The position numbers and the translations under genes were made by a program. Below the pieces are notes generated by a model. It ran no database searches, was not told the DNA's origin, and was given only the letters and a program-made list of their open reading frames with translations. Positions 33,231 through 44,626 of a stretch of DNA of 64,000 bases are shown here, in pieces. How positions within the stretch are numbered: position 1 is the first letter of the stretch; each line of letters starts with the position of its first letter. This DNA comes from an uncultured Gemmatimonadales bacterium (GTDB taxonomy: Bacteria; Gemmatimonadota; Gemmatimonadetes; Gemmatimonadales; GWC2-71-9), in assembly GCA_963821525.1 (NCBI GenBank), contig CAWGED010000005.1:512001-576000 (forward strand), given 5' to 3'.

Positions 33231-34319
33231 ATGACCACGCAAACATATCACGCACCGGACTTTACGGCGCCGCTTCTGGCCCGCGCCCCGGGCGCGCAAT
33301 TCGAGCCGATTCCCGCCGACGGAGTCCTGCCCGAAGGATTCTTCTCCACCTCGAACCTCCCGACCTACGTGCGGGTGGGCGAGCGCTGGGTGCTGCCGCG
33401 GCGTCCTCGCATGGATTGTGTCATCGTCAAGCGAGGCGACGATCTCGAGGTCATCGAACCCCGTCGTCTCAAGAAGGGCGACGCGATCGCCATGGGATTG
33501 GCGGAGGACGGCTCCCAGGGCATCTACGTTCACAGCGAAGGATTCCTCGGCGGGTCGCATAGCGCGAACGAGTTCCGCTTCATGTCCACCGAGGTGAGCC
33601 GTGAGCGCCCGGTCAACTACGAAGAGCTCGCCGCGCGGCTCAACGAGGAGAAGGCACAGGGCGGTTACCTCATCTGGGTGGCGGGACCGGCGCTGGTGCA
33701 TTCCCGCGCGCGGGGAGACTTCGAGTGGTTCATCCGCAACGGGTACGTGCAGGCGGTCCTCGCCGGCAATGCGGTCGCGGTTCACGACATCGAAGCCGCG
33801 ATCTTCGGCACCACACTGGGCATGACCAACACCGGACAGCCCACCGACGGCGGCCATGGCCTTCACATGCGGGCGATCAACCAGGTTCGGGCGCTCGGCT
33901 CCATCGAGAAGGCGGTGAAGGCAGGACTGATCAAGAGCGGCATCATGCACGCGCTCGTGACTAACAAGGTTCCGTACGTGCTCGCCGGATCGATTCGGGA
34001 CGACGGCCCTCTGCCCGGGGTCTACAGCAATTCGCTCGAGGCCCAGGACGCGATGCGGGAGCTGACCGTGCTCGCGACGGGCGCCATTCTGGTCGCATCA
34101 GCCCTGCATGCCATCGCCGTAGGGAACATGCTCCCGGCCTATCACACCAACTACGGCGGAGGCCCCACTCCGCTCATGACGATTTGCGTGGACCAGACGG
34201 AGTTTGTGGTCAACAAGCTGAAGGACCGCGGCACTCACCAGGCGTACGGCGTCGTCACCAACGCCCAGGACTTCATGCACGTGTTGCGCTTCTACGTCGA
34301 AAGGTCTTCCAATGCCTGA
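33231..34319 (+). CDS. TIGR00300-like LOR/SDH-conserved-domain protein (putative ornithine cyclodeaminase)
   Basis: DGVLPEGFFSTSNLPT, FRFMSTEVSRE, AGNAVAVHDIE, LAGSIRDDGPLP, KLKDRG. Confidence 0.8.
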   Translation: MTTQTYHAPDFTAPLLARAPGAQFEPIPADGVLPEGFFSTSNLPTYVRVGERWVLPRRPRMDCVIVKRGDDLEVIEPRRLKKGDAIAMGLAEDGSQGIYVHSEGFLGGSHSANEFRFMSTEVSRERPVNYEELAARLNEEKAQGGYLIWVAGPALVHSRARGDFEWFIRNGYVQAVLAGNAVAVHDIEAAIFGTTLGMTNTGQPTDGGHGLHMRAINQVRALGSIEKAVKAGLIKSGIMHALVTNKVPYVLAGSIRDDGPLPGVYSNSLEAQDAMRELTVLATGAILVASALHAIAVGNMLPAYHTNYGGGPTPLMTICVDQTEFVVNKLKDRGTHQAYGVVTNAQDFMHVLRFYVERSSNA

Positions 34320-34707
34320 GAGCGGCATCCTCAACCGCCCCGGCTCCGGCTGGGATCGACTGGCCGCAGCGGTGGCCGGCGCCATGCCCGCGAGCGAAAT
34401 CGAAGCCGTCTGGCTGTTCCGCACGCTCCGGCGCGAAGGCACCGAGTGGGGGACGGCGCTGGTCGCCCGGGTGGATGGCGAGGAGCGGGAGCGGCGGCGG
34501 ATCTACACCGCCCGGTTCCAGCACGTCCTCAAGGGCAAGGAGCGGGGCAAATTCGAGTGGGCGCTGGAGGAAGTCGGGAGCGGGCCGGTCGATACCATCG
34601 GAGACATCATCGCCGGGGTTCGCAAACGGATGGACGATGACGACCCCCGGCCGGTGACGCCCGCCGAGTGGCTCCCGCCTGTCGATGCCGCGCCTCGAGA
34701 AGGATGA
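34312..34707 (+). CDS. Hypothetical protein
   Basis: Overlaps both neighbours; host-like codon usage. Confidence 0.65.
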   Translation: MPESGILNRPGSGWDRLAAAVAGAMPASEIEAVWLFRTLRREGTEWGTALVARVDGEERERRRIYTARFQHVLKGKERGKFEWALEEVGSGPVDTIGDIIAGVRKRMDDDDPRPVTPAEWLPPVDAAPREG

Positions 34708-35154
34708 AGCGGCGGTCCTGCTCGACCGCTTCCGCCGCTATCTGAAAGACCATCATCATCCGGTGACGAGGCAACGCGACCTCGTCGCCGAAGTCGTCTT
34801 CCTCTCCGGTGGGCACCTCTCGGTCGAAGAGATCCAGCGCCAGCTCACCGACCGCGGCGAGACCGTCGGACTCGCCACGATCTATCGCACACTCGAAGTG
34901 CTGGTGAAGAGCGGGCTGGTGCGGGCCCATGATTTCGGCCAGGGATTCCGGCGCTACGAAGCCATGTCTGCCCAGGCCGACCATGAACACCTGATCTGCG
35001 TGCGCTGCGGCCGGGTGGATGAGTTCGCCAACGAGCGGCTGGAACGAATGCTGGGCATCATCGCCGACGAGCACAGTTCCAGCATCAACGGCATCGGGTT
35101 TTACGGGTATGCCGGGATTGTCAGAGGAGTTTACCAGTGAGCTGTGAGCAGTGA
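34685..35154 (+). CDS. fur: Fur-family regulator (3' indels)
   Basis: TRQR, GLATIYRTL, HEHLICVRCG; second CxxC (CRDC) lies in a shifted frame ending at TGA 35154. Confidence 0.88.
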
Positions 35155-35263
35155 GCGTAGCGGGATGTGCGGTCGAGCGCGACCGGGCGGCATGACTCGG
35201 GAGCCTGACCCGCAGGCTGAGCTGCGGGCCGCGGATTCCGCTACCGCCACCGCTACCGCTACC
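35135..35263. repeat. Mixed array (GTGAGCN)3 ... (CCGCTA)n
   Basis: GTGAGCT GTGAGCA GTGAGCG TAGCGG ... CCGCTA CCGCCA CCGCTA CCGCTA. Confidence 0.6.
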
Positions 35264-35269
35264 TCGGCC

Positions 35270-35992
35270 ATGAGCGAACCCACGCTTGGGTTGGTCGCCT
35301 TCACGGCAGGCCTGCTGAGCTTTCTCTCGCCCTGTGTGCTGCCGCTGGTCCCCTCGTACATCGGATTCCTCACCGGCCTGACGCTCGACGAGATGAGCTC
35401 GCGGCGGCGGGTGGCGCTGCTGCATGCCTCCCTCTTCATCATCGGCTTCACCATCATCTTCATGCTGTTCGGCGCCTCCGCCACGGCGCTGGGGCGGGTG
35501 CTCAAGTTCCACGAGGTGTGGCTGCAGCGGATCGGTGGCATCCTGATCATCGTCTTCGGCCTGGTCTGCCTCGGCGTGTTCCGCTTCTCCTTCCTGCAGC
35601 AGGAACGCCGGCTTCACCTGCAGGACAAACCGCTGGGCTATCTCGGATCGGTTTTCGTGGGGATGGCCTTCGCGGCGGGATGGACGCCCTGCATCGGGCC
35701 GATTCTGGGCGGGATCTACGCTCTGGCCGCGGCCTCCGACAGCCTGGGCCGTGGCATGCTCCTGCTGGCCGCGTACTCGGCCGGTCTCGCGGTGCCGTTT
35801 CTCATCGCGGCCTTCGCGGTGAACGCCTTCCTCGACTGGTTCCAGCGCTTCCGGAAATTTCTGCCCTGGGTGATGAAGGTGAGCGGGGCGCTGCTGGTGA
35901 TCGTTGGCGTGATGCTGTTGACTGGACAGTTCACCCGGATTGCTACCTGGCTGCAGGGGTTTACCCCCGAGGGACTGCTCGAGCGGCTCTGA
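35270..35992 (+). CDS. ccdA: Cytochrome c biogenesis protein CcdA
   Basis: AGLLSFLSPCVLPLVP, GWTPCIGPILG. Confidence 0.93.
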   Translation: MSEPTLGLVAFTAGLLSFLSPCVLPLVPSYIGFLTGLTLDEMSSRRRVALLHASLFIIGFTIIFMLFGASATALGRVLKFHEVWLQRIGGILIIVFGLVCLGVFRFSFLQQERRLHLQDKPLGYLGSVFVGMAFAAGWTPCIGPILGGIYALAAASDSLGRGMLLLAAYSAGLAVPFLIAAFAVNAFLDWFQRFRKFLPWVMKVSGALLVIVGVMLLTGQFTRIATWLQGFTPEGLLERL

Positions 35993-36001
35993 TCCCAAGG
36001 G

Positions 36002-36091
36002 GATGGAAGATTGAAGATTTCAGATTGAAGATTGACACTCGACTGTTCACCTGCGGTTCAATCTTCAATCTGAAATCTGAAATCTGAAATC
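36002..36091. repeat. Inverted heptamer array (GATTGAA/GATTTCA)n
   Basis: Perfect 20-bp pair GATTTCAGATTGAAGATTGA / TCAATCTTCAATCTGAAATC between convergent genes. Confidence 0.9.
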
Positions 36092-36093
36092 GC

Positions 36094-37856
36094 TCAATTC
36101 CCAACAGCTCCAGCCTCCACCTCCTCCTCCAACTGCTGCCTATGCAGCAGATCCCGATACCTTCCGCCCCTCCGCATCAACTCGGCATGGGTCCCCTGTT
36201 CCACGATCACGTCCCTCATCGAGCACCAGGATCCAGTCCGCGTCGCGCACGGCGGTGAGGCGGTGGGAGACGATGATGCTGGTCCGGCCGCGTAACGCAT
36301 CGCGCAGGCCGTGGAGAATCTTCGCCTCGGTCTGACCATCCACCGCACTGAGCGCGTCATCCAGCACGAAGACCGGAGGGTCCTGGGCCAGGGCTCTCGC
36401 GATGGCGGCTCGCTGCTTCTGGCCGCCCGAGAGATTGACGCCCCGTTCGCCGAGCATCGTGTCGATGCCCTGGGGCAGGACAGGGAGCGCCTCGCTCAGC
36501 TGGGCGGTTTCGACCACGCCTGACAGCCGGCCGTCGTCCGGGGCGCCGAGCAGGATGTTGTTCCGAAGCGTCTCGCTGAAGAGGAAGGTCTCCTGGGGCA
36601 CAAAGCCGATCGCCTCACGCAGGTCCTCCAGCTCAGGTCGCGAATATCCACGCCGTCGATGAGGACCCGTCCCCGATCCGGGTCGTAGGCCCGGGGCAGC
36701 AATTCGACCAGCGTAGACTTTCCCGATCCCGTCGCCCCGACGATGGCGAGTGAGCGCCCCGCCTCGACGGTGAAGTCGATGTCCTGGAGTACCCAGCCAC
36801 GCTCCGGGGCGTTGGGGTAGCGGAACCAGACCCCTTCGTATTTCACGGTGCGGCCACCGCGGGCCTCGGGGAGCCGGGACGCGGCTGCCGGCGAGACAAT
36901 AGCGGGCTGCTCCTGGAGGAGTGCCAGCAGGCGGCCCATCGAGGCTTCACCCCGTTGAACCAGGTTGACGACCCAGCCCAGCGCGATCATCGGCCAAACC
37001 AGGATGACCAGGTAGACCCCGAAAGCGACGAACTCGCCGACCGTGACGGTTCCGGCCACCACGAGCGATCCGCCGATGTACAGCACCGCGGCGCCGCCCA
37101 GTCCCCCGAGCAGTGCAAGGATCGGGTGAAATGCCCCGGCAACCCGGGCCAACGCGATGTTGCGCCGGGCGTACTCCTCGTTTAGTCTGCGGAAGTTGAC
37201 CGCTTCCGCCCGCTCCTGCTGGTAGGCCCGGATGATCCGGACGCCGGAAATATTCTCGTGGGCGGCACTGGTGAGATCGCTGTACTGCGCCTGGATCGCG
37301 AGGGTGCGCCGATGGATCGCCTGGCCGAAGAAGACCATGACGATCGGCAGCGCGATGAGGGGCAGGAGCGCCAGCCCCGTCAGCCGCGGGCTGATGTGGA
37401 TCATGTACGGCAGCACCAGGCAGGTGCGGACGATGGTGTCCACGAAGTACATGAGCGCCGGGCCTGCGACCATGCGTACCGCGAGCAGGTCGTTGGTGGC
37501 CCGGGCCATGATATCGCCGGTGGGCATCCGGTCGTAGAACGAGGCGGAAAGGACTTGGAGGTGCTGGAAGAGCCGGTCACGCAGGTCGGTTTCGACCCGG
37601 CGACTCACGCCGTTGAGCAGCTCGCGCATGCCGTAACGCGCGACGCCGCCGACCGCCGCGATGGCGAGCAGGAGGGCAATCTCGTGCCGGACCAGCGCGA
37701 ACGATCCACCAGTTTCCAGGCGCATCGATCCCGCGCTGCAGATAACGCGGCACGAGCGTTGCAAAGAAGTTGGAGACGACGACGAGCGCGAGCCCCCCGG
37801 CGAAGGTCGCACCGGTAGGGACGCATCGCGGGGAGCAGGTGACGCAGGTTCTTCAT
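36094..37856 (-). CDS. ABC exporter, fused TMD-NBD (MdlA-like; several indels)
   Basis: TGDIMARATNDL, GATGSGKST, LSGGQKQR, LDDALSAVD, SHR. Confidence 0.9.
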
Positions 37857-37915
37857 GGGTGGAATGTCACAATGCCCCAACCGATGAGCAAGTCAATTCT
37901 TTGGAGGAAGGGACC

Positions 37916-38693
37916 ATGACCAGATCCATCGCAGCCGGCCTGGCGCTGCTCGCGCTGGTGGCGTGCGGTAAAGGGGCTGGAGACAAGACCGCGGCGGCCG
38001 ACAGCCTCAACCGCGATCTGCAACTCGCCCCGGCCGAATCCACCATGGCGCTGAGCGACACGGCGATGAGCAATGCGCCGCAGCCCGCTCCGGCCCGCTG
38101 CCCCAGCCCCGGCTCCTGCCAAGCCCAAGCCGAAACCGGCGGCGCCTGCGGCTCCGGTGATGACCAGCGTGACCATTCCCGCGGGTACGGTAGTGCATCT
38201 CGCTTCCAACGACTCCCTGCATTCCCGTCATGACAAGGCGGGCAAGATCATCACCGCCAACGTGACCCAGGACGTGAAGGACGCGAAAGGGAACGTCGGC
38301 ATTCCGGCGGGCGCTGTGGTCACCTTCAAGGTGGTCGAGCTCGAGCCTGCGAAGAGCAAGAGCGCCAAGGACGGGACGCTCACTCTCTCAGTGCAGGATG
38401 TGAGCGTCAACGGGAAGAGCATCAACATTGCGGCCAACGTCGATTCGGTCGAGCATACGCTGCAAGGCCAGGGGGTAACCGCGGGCGGCGCAGCCCGGGT
38501 CGGCGGTGGTGCCGCCGCCGGAGCCATCGGTGGCAAGATCATCGGAGGGAAGACCGGCGCCATCATCGGCGGTATCGTTGGTGGAGCGGCGGGCACGGCC
38601 GTGGCGGTCCAGACCGCCGACCGGGACGTGGTCGTGACGCCGGGTGCCGCGATCGTGATAACCCTTTCGAGCGACGTGACGGTGCAGAAATAG
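37916..38693 (+). CDS. Lipoprotein with Pro-rich linker, beta domain and glycine zipper (indel near 38095)
   Basis: Lipobox LVA-C; IPAGT...IPAGA; GGGAAAGAIGG..GAIIGGIVGGAAG. Confidence 0.7.
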
Positions 38694-38697
38694 CCGG

Positions 38698-38806
38698 CAG
38701 CCATCAGCCGTCAGCAGTTCGTCAACAAGAAACCCTCCGGAGCAACGCACCGGAGGGTTTCTTGTCTGCGGAATAGCCGACCGCTGACGGCTGACGGCTG
38801 ACGGCT
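38698..38806. repeat. Inverted heptamer arms (CAGCCRT)n / (GCTGACG)n enclosing a terminator
   Basis: CAGCCATCAGCCGTCAGC ... GCTGACGGCTGACGGCTGACGGCTG. Confidence 0.85.
38725..38765. terminator. Bidirectional intrinsic terminator
   Basis: Perfect 16-bp stem ACAAGAAACCCTCCGG / CCGGAGGGTTTCTTGT between convergent genes. Confidence 0.8.
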
Positions 38807-38807
38807 G

Positions 38808-40555
38808 CTAGTACCCCGACCCTCCGCCCCCACCCCTCGGGTCGCTCACGCCCTCCCAGCCGCTCGGCATCCGAATGATCGCCTCGACATCGCCCCAGCC
38901 TCCGCGGTACTGGATGCCATGGCCCAGCCGCTCCAGCTCGGCGATCGCCGCGGGCTGGAATCCACCCCGCTCGAGACGAATCGAATCCGGCAGCGCCTGA
39001 TGGTGCATCCGCGGCGCGGCAACCGCGTCGGCCAGCGCCATGTGGTGATCGATGACGTTGGAGATCACGTGGTACACCTGGGTGATGATCGTGGGCCCGC
39101 CCGGAGTTCCGACCACCATGAACAGTTTCCCGGCGGAGTCGAGGACCACACTCGGCGTCATGGCCGACAGCATCCGTTTGCCCGGCGCGATCGAGTTCGC
39201 CTCGCCCTGAATGAGGCCGTAGCCGTTCGGCTTCCCGGGTGCCGTCGTGAAGTCGTCCATCTCGTCGTTGAGCAGGAACCCGGCGCCGGAAACCGCCACC
39301 GCGCTGCCATAGCTGTCGTTGAGCGTCGTGGTACAGCTCACGGCGTTCCCCAGCGAGTCAACCACCGAATAGTGCGTGGTGGAGGTTCCGTCGCGGAGGC
39401 TGGGGTCGAAGGGCGGCGGTCGGGGTCGCGTGATGCGGATCAATCTGCTGCCGCAGCGTGGCCGCGTACTCCTTCGACAAGAGCCGATCGAGCGGCATTT
39501 TCACGAAGCCGGGGTCGCCGAGGTAGATGTTGCGATCGGTGAAGGCCCGGCGCATCGCTTCCGCTTCGCGGTGCAGGAGCGCCGCGGAGCCGAAGGGGGG
39601 CAGGGCTCCGTATCCCTCCATGATGTTGAGAATCAGCGCCAGCGTGACGCCGCCCGAGTGACGCCGGCGGCATCGAGTAGATGGTGTACCCGCGGTACTC
39701 GATCTTGATCGGATCCCGCCAGATGGCACGGTACGCGGCCAGGTCGGCCAGGCTGATGAGCCCACCGCCGCGATCCATCTCCGCTACGATCGAGTCGGCG
39801 ACCCAGCCCTTGTAGAAGCCATCCGCCCCGTGATCCCGGATCGCGGTCGAGGGTCTTGCCCAGATCGGCCTGCACCAGGGTCGATCCCGGGGCAGGGGCG
39901 CGGCCGCTGTCGGGCAGGAAGTAGCGGCGCGAGGCGGCGAAGGTGTAGAGCCAGGCGCGATAGTTGTCGATCGACCTGCTGCGGTGGTCATCCACGACGA
40001 AGCCCTCGCTCGCCAGCTTGATCGCGGGCTCGATCACGGTCGCGAACGGAAGCTTGCCGAACTTGCTGATGCGCCTCGACCAGTCCCGCCACCGACCCGG
40101 GGACTCCCGCGGCGAGAGCGCCCTTGTCCGAGAGGCCGGTCGGATCGCCGGCCCGATCGAGATACATGTCGTGGGACGCGCGGCCGGGCGCTGCTTCGCG
40201 ATAGTCGAGCGCCGCGGTCGTGCCATCCGCCATCCGGAAGACCATGAAGCCGCCGCCGCCCAGGTTGCCCGCCTCGGGATGCACCACCGCGAGCGCGAAG
40301 CCCACCGCCACGGCCGCATCCACCGCATTGCCTCCCGGCTCGGAGGATGTCGCGCCCCACCTCGCTCGCGATCGGGCTGCCCGACACGACCATCGCCTGG
40401 TTGCCTTCGGCCACGCGCGCCTTGCCGGCCAACCGCCAGGTCGGGTTGATCCCGGAACTCGGCCCCGCGGGTGCGGGAGCAGACGAGGGCGTGGACGAGC
40501 CGCAGCCGGCCAGAACAGCGGAGGCGAGGACCAGAGGAAGCAGGCGCAGATGCAC
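38808..40555 (-). CDS. ggt: Gamma-glutamyltransferase (several indels)
   Basis: AVVHPEAGNLGGGGF, DYRE.AP, TTHYSVVD, LNDEMDDF, PGKRMLSAM, GTPGG; lipoprotein-like signal. Confidence 0.92.
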
Positions 40556-40631
40556 GGATGCCTCGAAGGAAAGGAAGAGTCGGTTGCCGAGGGGAACTGG
40601 GTCGCCCAAATTTAGCTCCGCTCCCCGCGTC

Positions 40632-41572
40632 ATGCCTTATTCACTCCCACGGGTGGATTCCTCCATCGATCCCCGGCTTACCGAGCGCCGCAACCCCCGC
40701 ACGACCGGCATCGACCGGGCCTCCGCGCTCGAGATCGTAGACCTGATCGCGGCGGAGGATGCCGACCGTCCCCGCCGCCGTCGCCCGGGCCCGCGAGGAG
40801 CTTGCCGCGCAGCATCGAGATGGTCGAGGCCGCCTTCCGCACGGGGCGGCCGGCTGCTCTACGTCGGCGCCGGAACCAGCGGGAGGCTCGGCGTGCTGGA
40901 CGCAGCCGAGTGCCCTCCCACGTTTGGCACCGATCCCGAGATGGTGGTGGGTATCATCGCGGGCGGATACCGGGCACTGGTACGCTCGGTCGAAGGTGCC
41001 GAGGACGATGTCAACGCGGGCATCGGCGAGATGGACGCCCAGCGGGTCGGCCCCAACGACGTGGTGATGGGGATCGCGGCCAGCGGCACGACGCCCTTTG
41101 TCCGAGCGGCCCTGGGGCGGGCTCAGGCACTCGGCGCCCGCACGATTTTCCTTTCCTGCAGCTGAGCCGCCCGGCTCTGCTCAAAGAGACCTGTGATATC
41201 TGCCTGACCATCCTGGTCGGTCCCGAGGTGATTACCGGCTCCACCAGGATGAAGGCCGGGACCGCCACCAAGCTCGCGCTCAATACCATCACGACCGGGG
41301 CCATGGTCCGGCTGGGGAAGACCTACGGCAACCTGATGGTGGACCTCAAGGCCTGGAACGACAAGCTCGCCGACCGCTCGGAACGCATCGTGATGGAAAC
41401 GACGGGGAGTGACCGCGCCGCTGCCCGCGCCGCGCTCGAAGCGGCGGAAGGAGGCGTCAAGACCGCCATCGTCATGGTGAAGCTCGGCGTAGGGCGGGGA
41501 GAGGCGGAGCGGCTGATCGACGAGCACATGGGCCGCCTGCGCGACTTGCTGGGCGATCCGCCCGACGCGTGA
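40632..41572 (+). CDS. murQ: N-acetylmuramic acid 6-phosphate etherase (several indels)
   Basis: TERRNP, GAGTSGRLGVLDAAECPPTFG, AASGTTP, GPEVITGSTRMKAGTA. Confidence 0.93.
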
Positions 41573-41579
41573 GCGCCGA

Positions 41580-42731
41580 GTGAGCGAGCACGCGACGCTG
41601 GCCGTTGGTCTCATGTCGGGCACCTCGCTCGACGGCATTGATGCGGCACTGGTCCGCTTCCGCGGGCCGACCCACTGCGACCTGCTCGCACTTCGTCACC
41701 CGGCCCTACGCCTCCCCGGAGCAGAGCGCGATTCTCGCAGGGGATCAACGGGGCCCGAGCCCCGGACCTTGCCAGGCTTCACACCCAGCTGAGCCTCTGG
41801 AGCGCGGAGGCGGTAGAAACGCTCCTCGCCGAATCCAGGGTGCGGGCCTCCGATCTCGGGTTCATCGCGATGCACGGCCAGACCATCTGGCACGAGCCGC
41901 CGCTGGTCTCCTGGCAGCTGGGCGAACCCGCGGTGCTGGCGGAACGATTCGGAGTTCGGGTGGTGAGCAATTTCCGCTCGCGCGACGTGGCCGCGGGCGG
42001 GCAGGGGGCTCCGCTCGTTCCGATCGCCGACCTGCTGCTGTTCGGCGATCCGGAACATCCACGGGTCCTGCTCAACATCGGTGGCATGGCGAATCTCACC
42101 TACGTTCCCCGCCGTGCGCGTGGAAGAAGGTGCGTTCGCGTTCGATACCGGGCCGGGGATGGCCCTGGTGGATGGACTGGCGCGGAAGGCGAACCCGGGG
42201 AGCCGATTCGATGAGGACGGACGGCTGGCCCGACAGGGTGCGGTGAACGAGCGATTGCTGGACCAGTTGCTGCGCGATGACTATTTCGCGGCACCACCCC
42301 CGAAGAGCACCGGGCGCGAGCGTTTCGATATGTCACTCGTCGAACGGATCGCGCGCGAGGCTCCCGGTGCGGACGGGGTGGCGACCGCAGTCGAGCTGAC
42401 CGTGCGATCCATCGTGGATGCGTTCGCTCGCTGGGTGCCGGGCACGCCGGAGGTGCTGGTCTCTGGTGGTGGAGTGCATCACCCGGTGCTGATGGAACGG
42501 CTGGAGGGCGGCCTGGAGGGAAGGGGATGCACGCTGCGCCGGTTTCACGAGGTGTTTTTCGACGGAGACGCGAAGGAAGCCGTGGCGTTCGCGCTCCTCG
42601 GTTACCTCGCGATCCATGGCCAGCCGGGCAATCTCCCTGCGGCCACGGGGGCGAGCGGGCATCGGGTGCTGGGGCAGGTGACGCCGGTAGCCGTAGCGTC
42701 AATTGCCAATTTGCAATTGTGCAATTTGTAA
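41580..42731 (+). CDS. anmK: Anhydro-N-acetylmuramic acid kinase (several indels)
   Basis: GLMSGTSLDGID, HGQTIWH, DVAAGGQGAPL, NIGGMAN, FDTGPG, PPKSTGRE, KEAVAFA. Confidence 0.93.
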
Positions 42732-42809
42732 TTGAGCCCTCGTCTCGTCATCCGCGCTCTCCGCGTCTCCGCGGTGCTTGTGTCGCCCGTTTCTTCCGCT
42801 GCATCAGTC

Positions 42810-42887
42810 GTTTCACATTGTGGAGACCGATAATTGGCCTCTTGACGTGATTCTCATCACGCGCAACATTAGCCCACATTGTGAAAC
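42810..42887. promoter_or_regulatory. Paired candidate IclR operators around a -35 box
   Basis: GTTTCACATTGTGG (42810) and CCACATTGTGAAAC (42874) are inverted copies; TTGACG at 42842. Confidence 0.55.
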
Positions 42888-43688
42888 AGCGTGCCACAAA
42901 ATCACGCCGGCCCTTGGGTGGAACCCAGGCCGTAAGGCGGGCGCTTGCGGTCCTCGGGGCGTTCACCGATCAAACACCTGAATGGGGGCTCGCCGATCTC
43001 TCGCGGTCCCTCCACCTGACCAAGAGCACGACGCTGCGCCTGCTCGGCGCGCTGGAACGCGAGGGCCTGCTCTCGCGCTTCGGGCCCAACGGGTCCTATC
43101 GCCTCGGTCCGACCGCGATCGAGCTTGGCGCGCGAGCCCAGCGGGTCCATAGTCTCCCCGGTACCGCACGCGCCGAGTTGCTGCGCCTGGCCCGCGCGAC
43201 CGGTGAGACCACGAGTCTCGAAGTCCTGATCGGCAATGAAATCCTGATTCTGGACGAAGTTCTCGGCACCCACCTGGTAGGCCGGTCGTCTTCCATCGGC
43301 ACCCGGTGGCCTGCCCATGCCGCCTCGACCGGCAAGGTGCTGCTCGCGGCGGCACGTCAGGGCAACGTCGAGACCTGGCAGGGTGCCCTGCTCGATATCA
43401 CCCCTCGAACTGGAGCAGTATACGCCGCGCACCATCACCTCTCGGCAAAAGTTCGACGCAGAGCTGAATCGAGTCGCGAAGCTGGGATATGCCACGGCCA
43501 TCGGCGAGCTCGAGGCGGGGTACGTCGCGATCGGTGCACCGATCCGCAATAACGCCCAGCACGTCGTCGCCGCGATCTGTGTCGGCGGCCCCTCGAACCG
43601 GCTCACCGAGGCGAGAATCCCCGCTCTCGCGGCCGAGTTGCGCCAGTCGGCCGATCGAATCTCCCGGCAGCTCGGAGCCCGCTTGTGA
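42881..43688 (+). CDS. IclR-family transcriptional regulator (indel near 43400)
   Basis: QAVRRALAVL, LTKSTTLRLL HTH, ATGET, AASTGKVLL, IGAPI. Confidence 0.9.
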
Positions 43689-44581
43689 GCGACCGCAGCC
43701 TCTCTCTTGCCCTGGTGGGGCTGGTCCTCCTCGTGATGCTTCCGGCGCTCCGGCCGGCTCCGGCGGCCGGCGGTCACCTCCTTATCGTGGGCGGAGGGGA
43801 ACAGCCGCCGGAGCTGGTGTCGCACTTCGTCGAGCTGGCCGGTGGTTCAGGCAAGGCAAAGATCGCGGTGGTGCCGATGGCGAGCTCGGAGCCGGTGGAA
43901 ACCGGCAAGGAGAAGGCCGACGAACTCGCGGGGCTCGGGGCCACCGTAATGGTGCTCAACCTGAATCACGATCAGGCAATGAGCGATTCCGTGGCGCACC
44001 TGCTGGACGGTGTGACCGGAGTCTGGTTCACCGGAGGAGATCAGGCCCGGGTCACCCCGGTGCTGCTCGGAACCCCGGCTCTTCGGGCGATAGAGGCGGT
44101 GCGGGAGCGGGGCGGCGTCATCGGCGGCACGTCGGCCGGTGCCGCGATCATGTCGGACTCGATGATCACGGGGAACCAGTATCGCGCCGGCGTCGACACG
44201 GTCGGCTACTACGACGACGAGTTTCCTACGATCGGGCGGCGGACGATCGAGGTGGTTCCCGGCCTCGGATTTCTGCACGGGGCCATCGTGGACCAGCATT
44301 TCATCCGCCGGGAACGGCACAACCGGCTGTTGAGTGTCGTGCTCGAGCGGCCGACGCTCGTCGGAGTTGGGATCGACGAGAGTACCGCGCTCGAGGTGGA
44401 ACCGGACGGCCGCTGGGAAGTGCGCGGGGCCGGAAGTGTGATGGTGTACGACGCGCGCCATGCCAGAATCACTCCCGCCGGCGCGCCACTCCTGGGAGCA
44501 TCGGGAATTCAGGTCGCTGTGCTGCCGACCGGCAGCCGGTTCGATCCGCAGAGCGGGACGGCGGTGCTGGCCCCTCGGTAA
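43685..44581 (+). CDS. Secreted cyanophycinase-like peptidase (S51)
   Basis: IVGGGE, FTGGDQ, GGTSAGAA, VDQHF..RER.NRL, GIDE; N-terminal signal peptide. Confidence 0.88.
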   Translation: MSDRSLSLALVGLVLLVMLPALRPAPAAGGHLLIVGGGEQPPELVSHFVELAGGSGKAKIAVVPMASSEPVETGKEKADELAGLGATVMVLNLNHDQAMSDSVAHLLDGVTGVWFTGGDQARVTPVLLGTPALRAIEAVRERGGVIGGTSAGAAIMSDSMITGNQYRAGVDTVGYYDDEFPTIGRRTIEVVPGLGFLHGAIVDQHFIRRERHNRLLSVVLERPTLVGVGIDESTALEVEPDGRWEVRGAGSVMVYDARHARITPAGAPLLGASGIQVAVLPTGSRFDPQSGTAVLAPR

Positions 44582-44626
44582 TGTTTGCTTCGCTGTACTG
44601 ATTCACCGCAAAAAGGAGGTACTACG

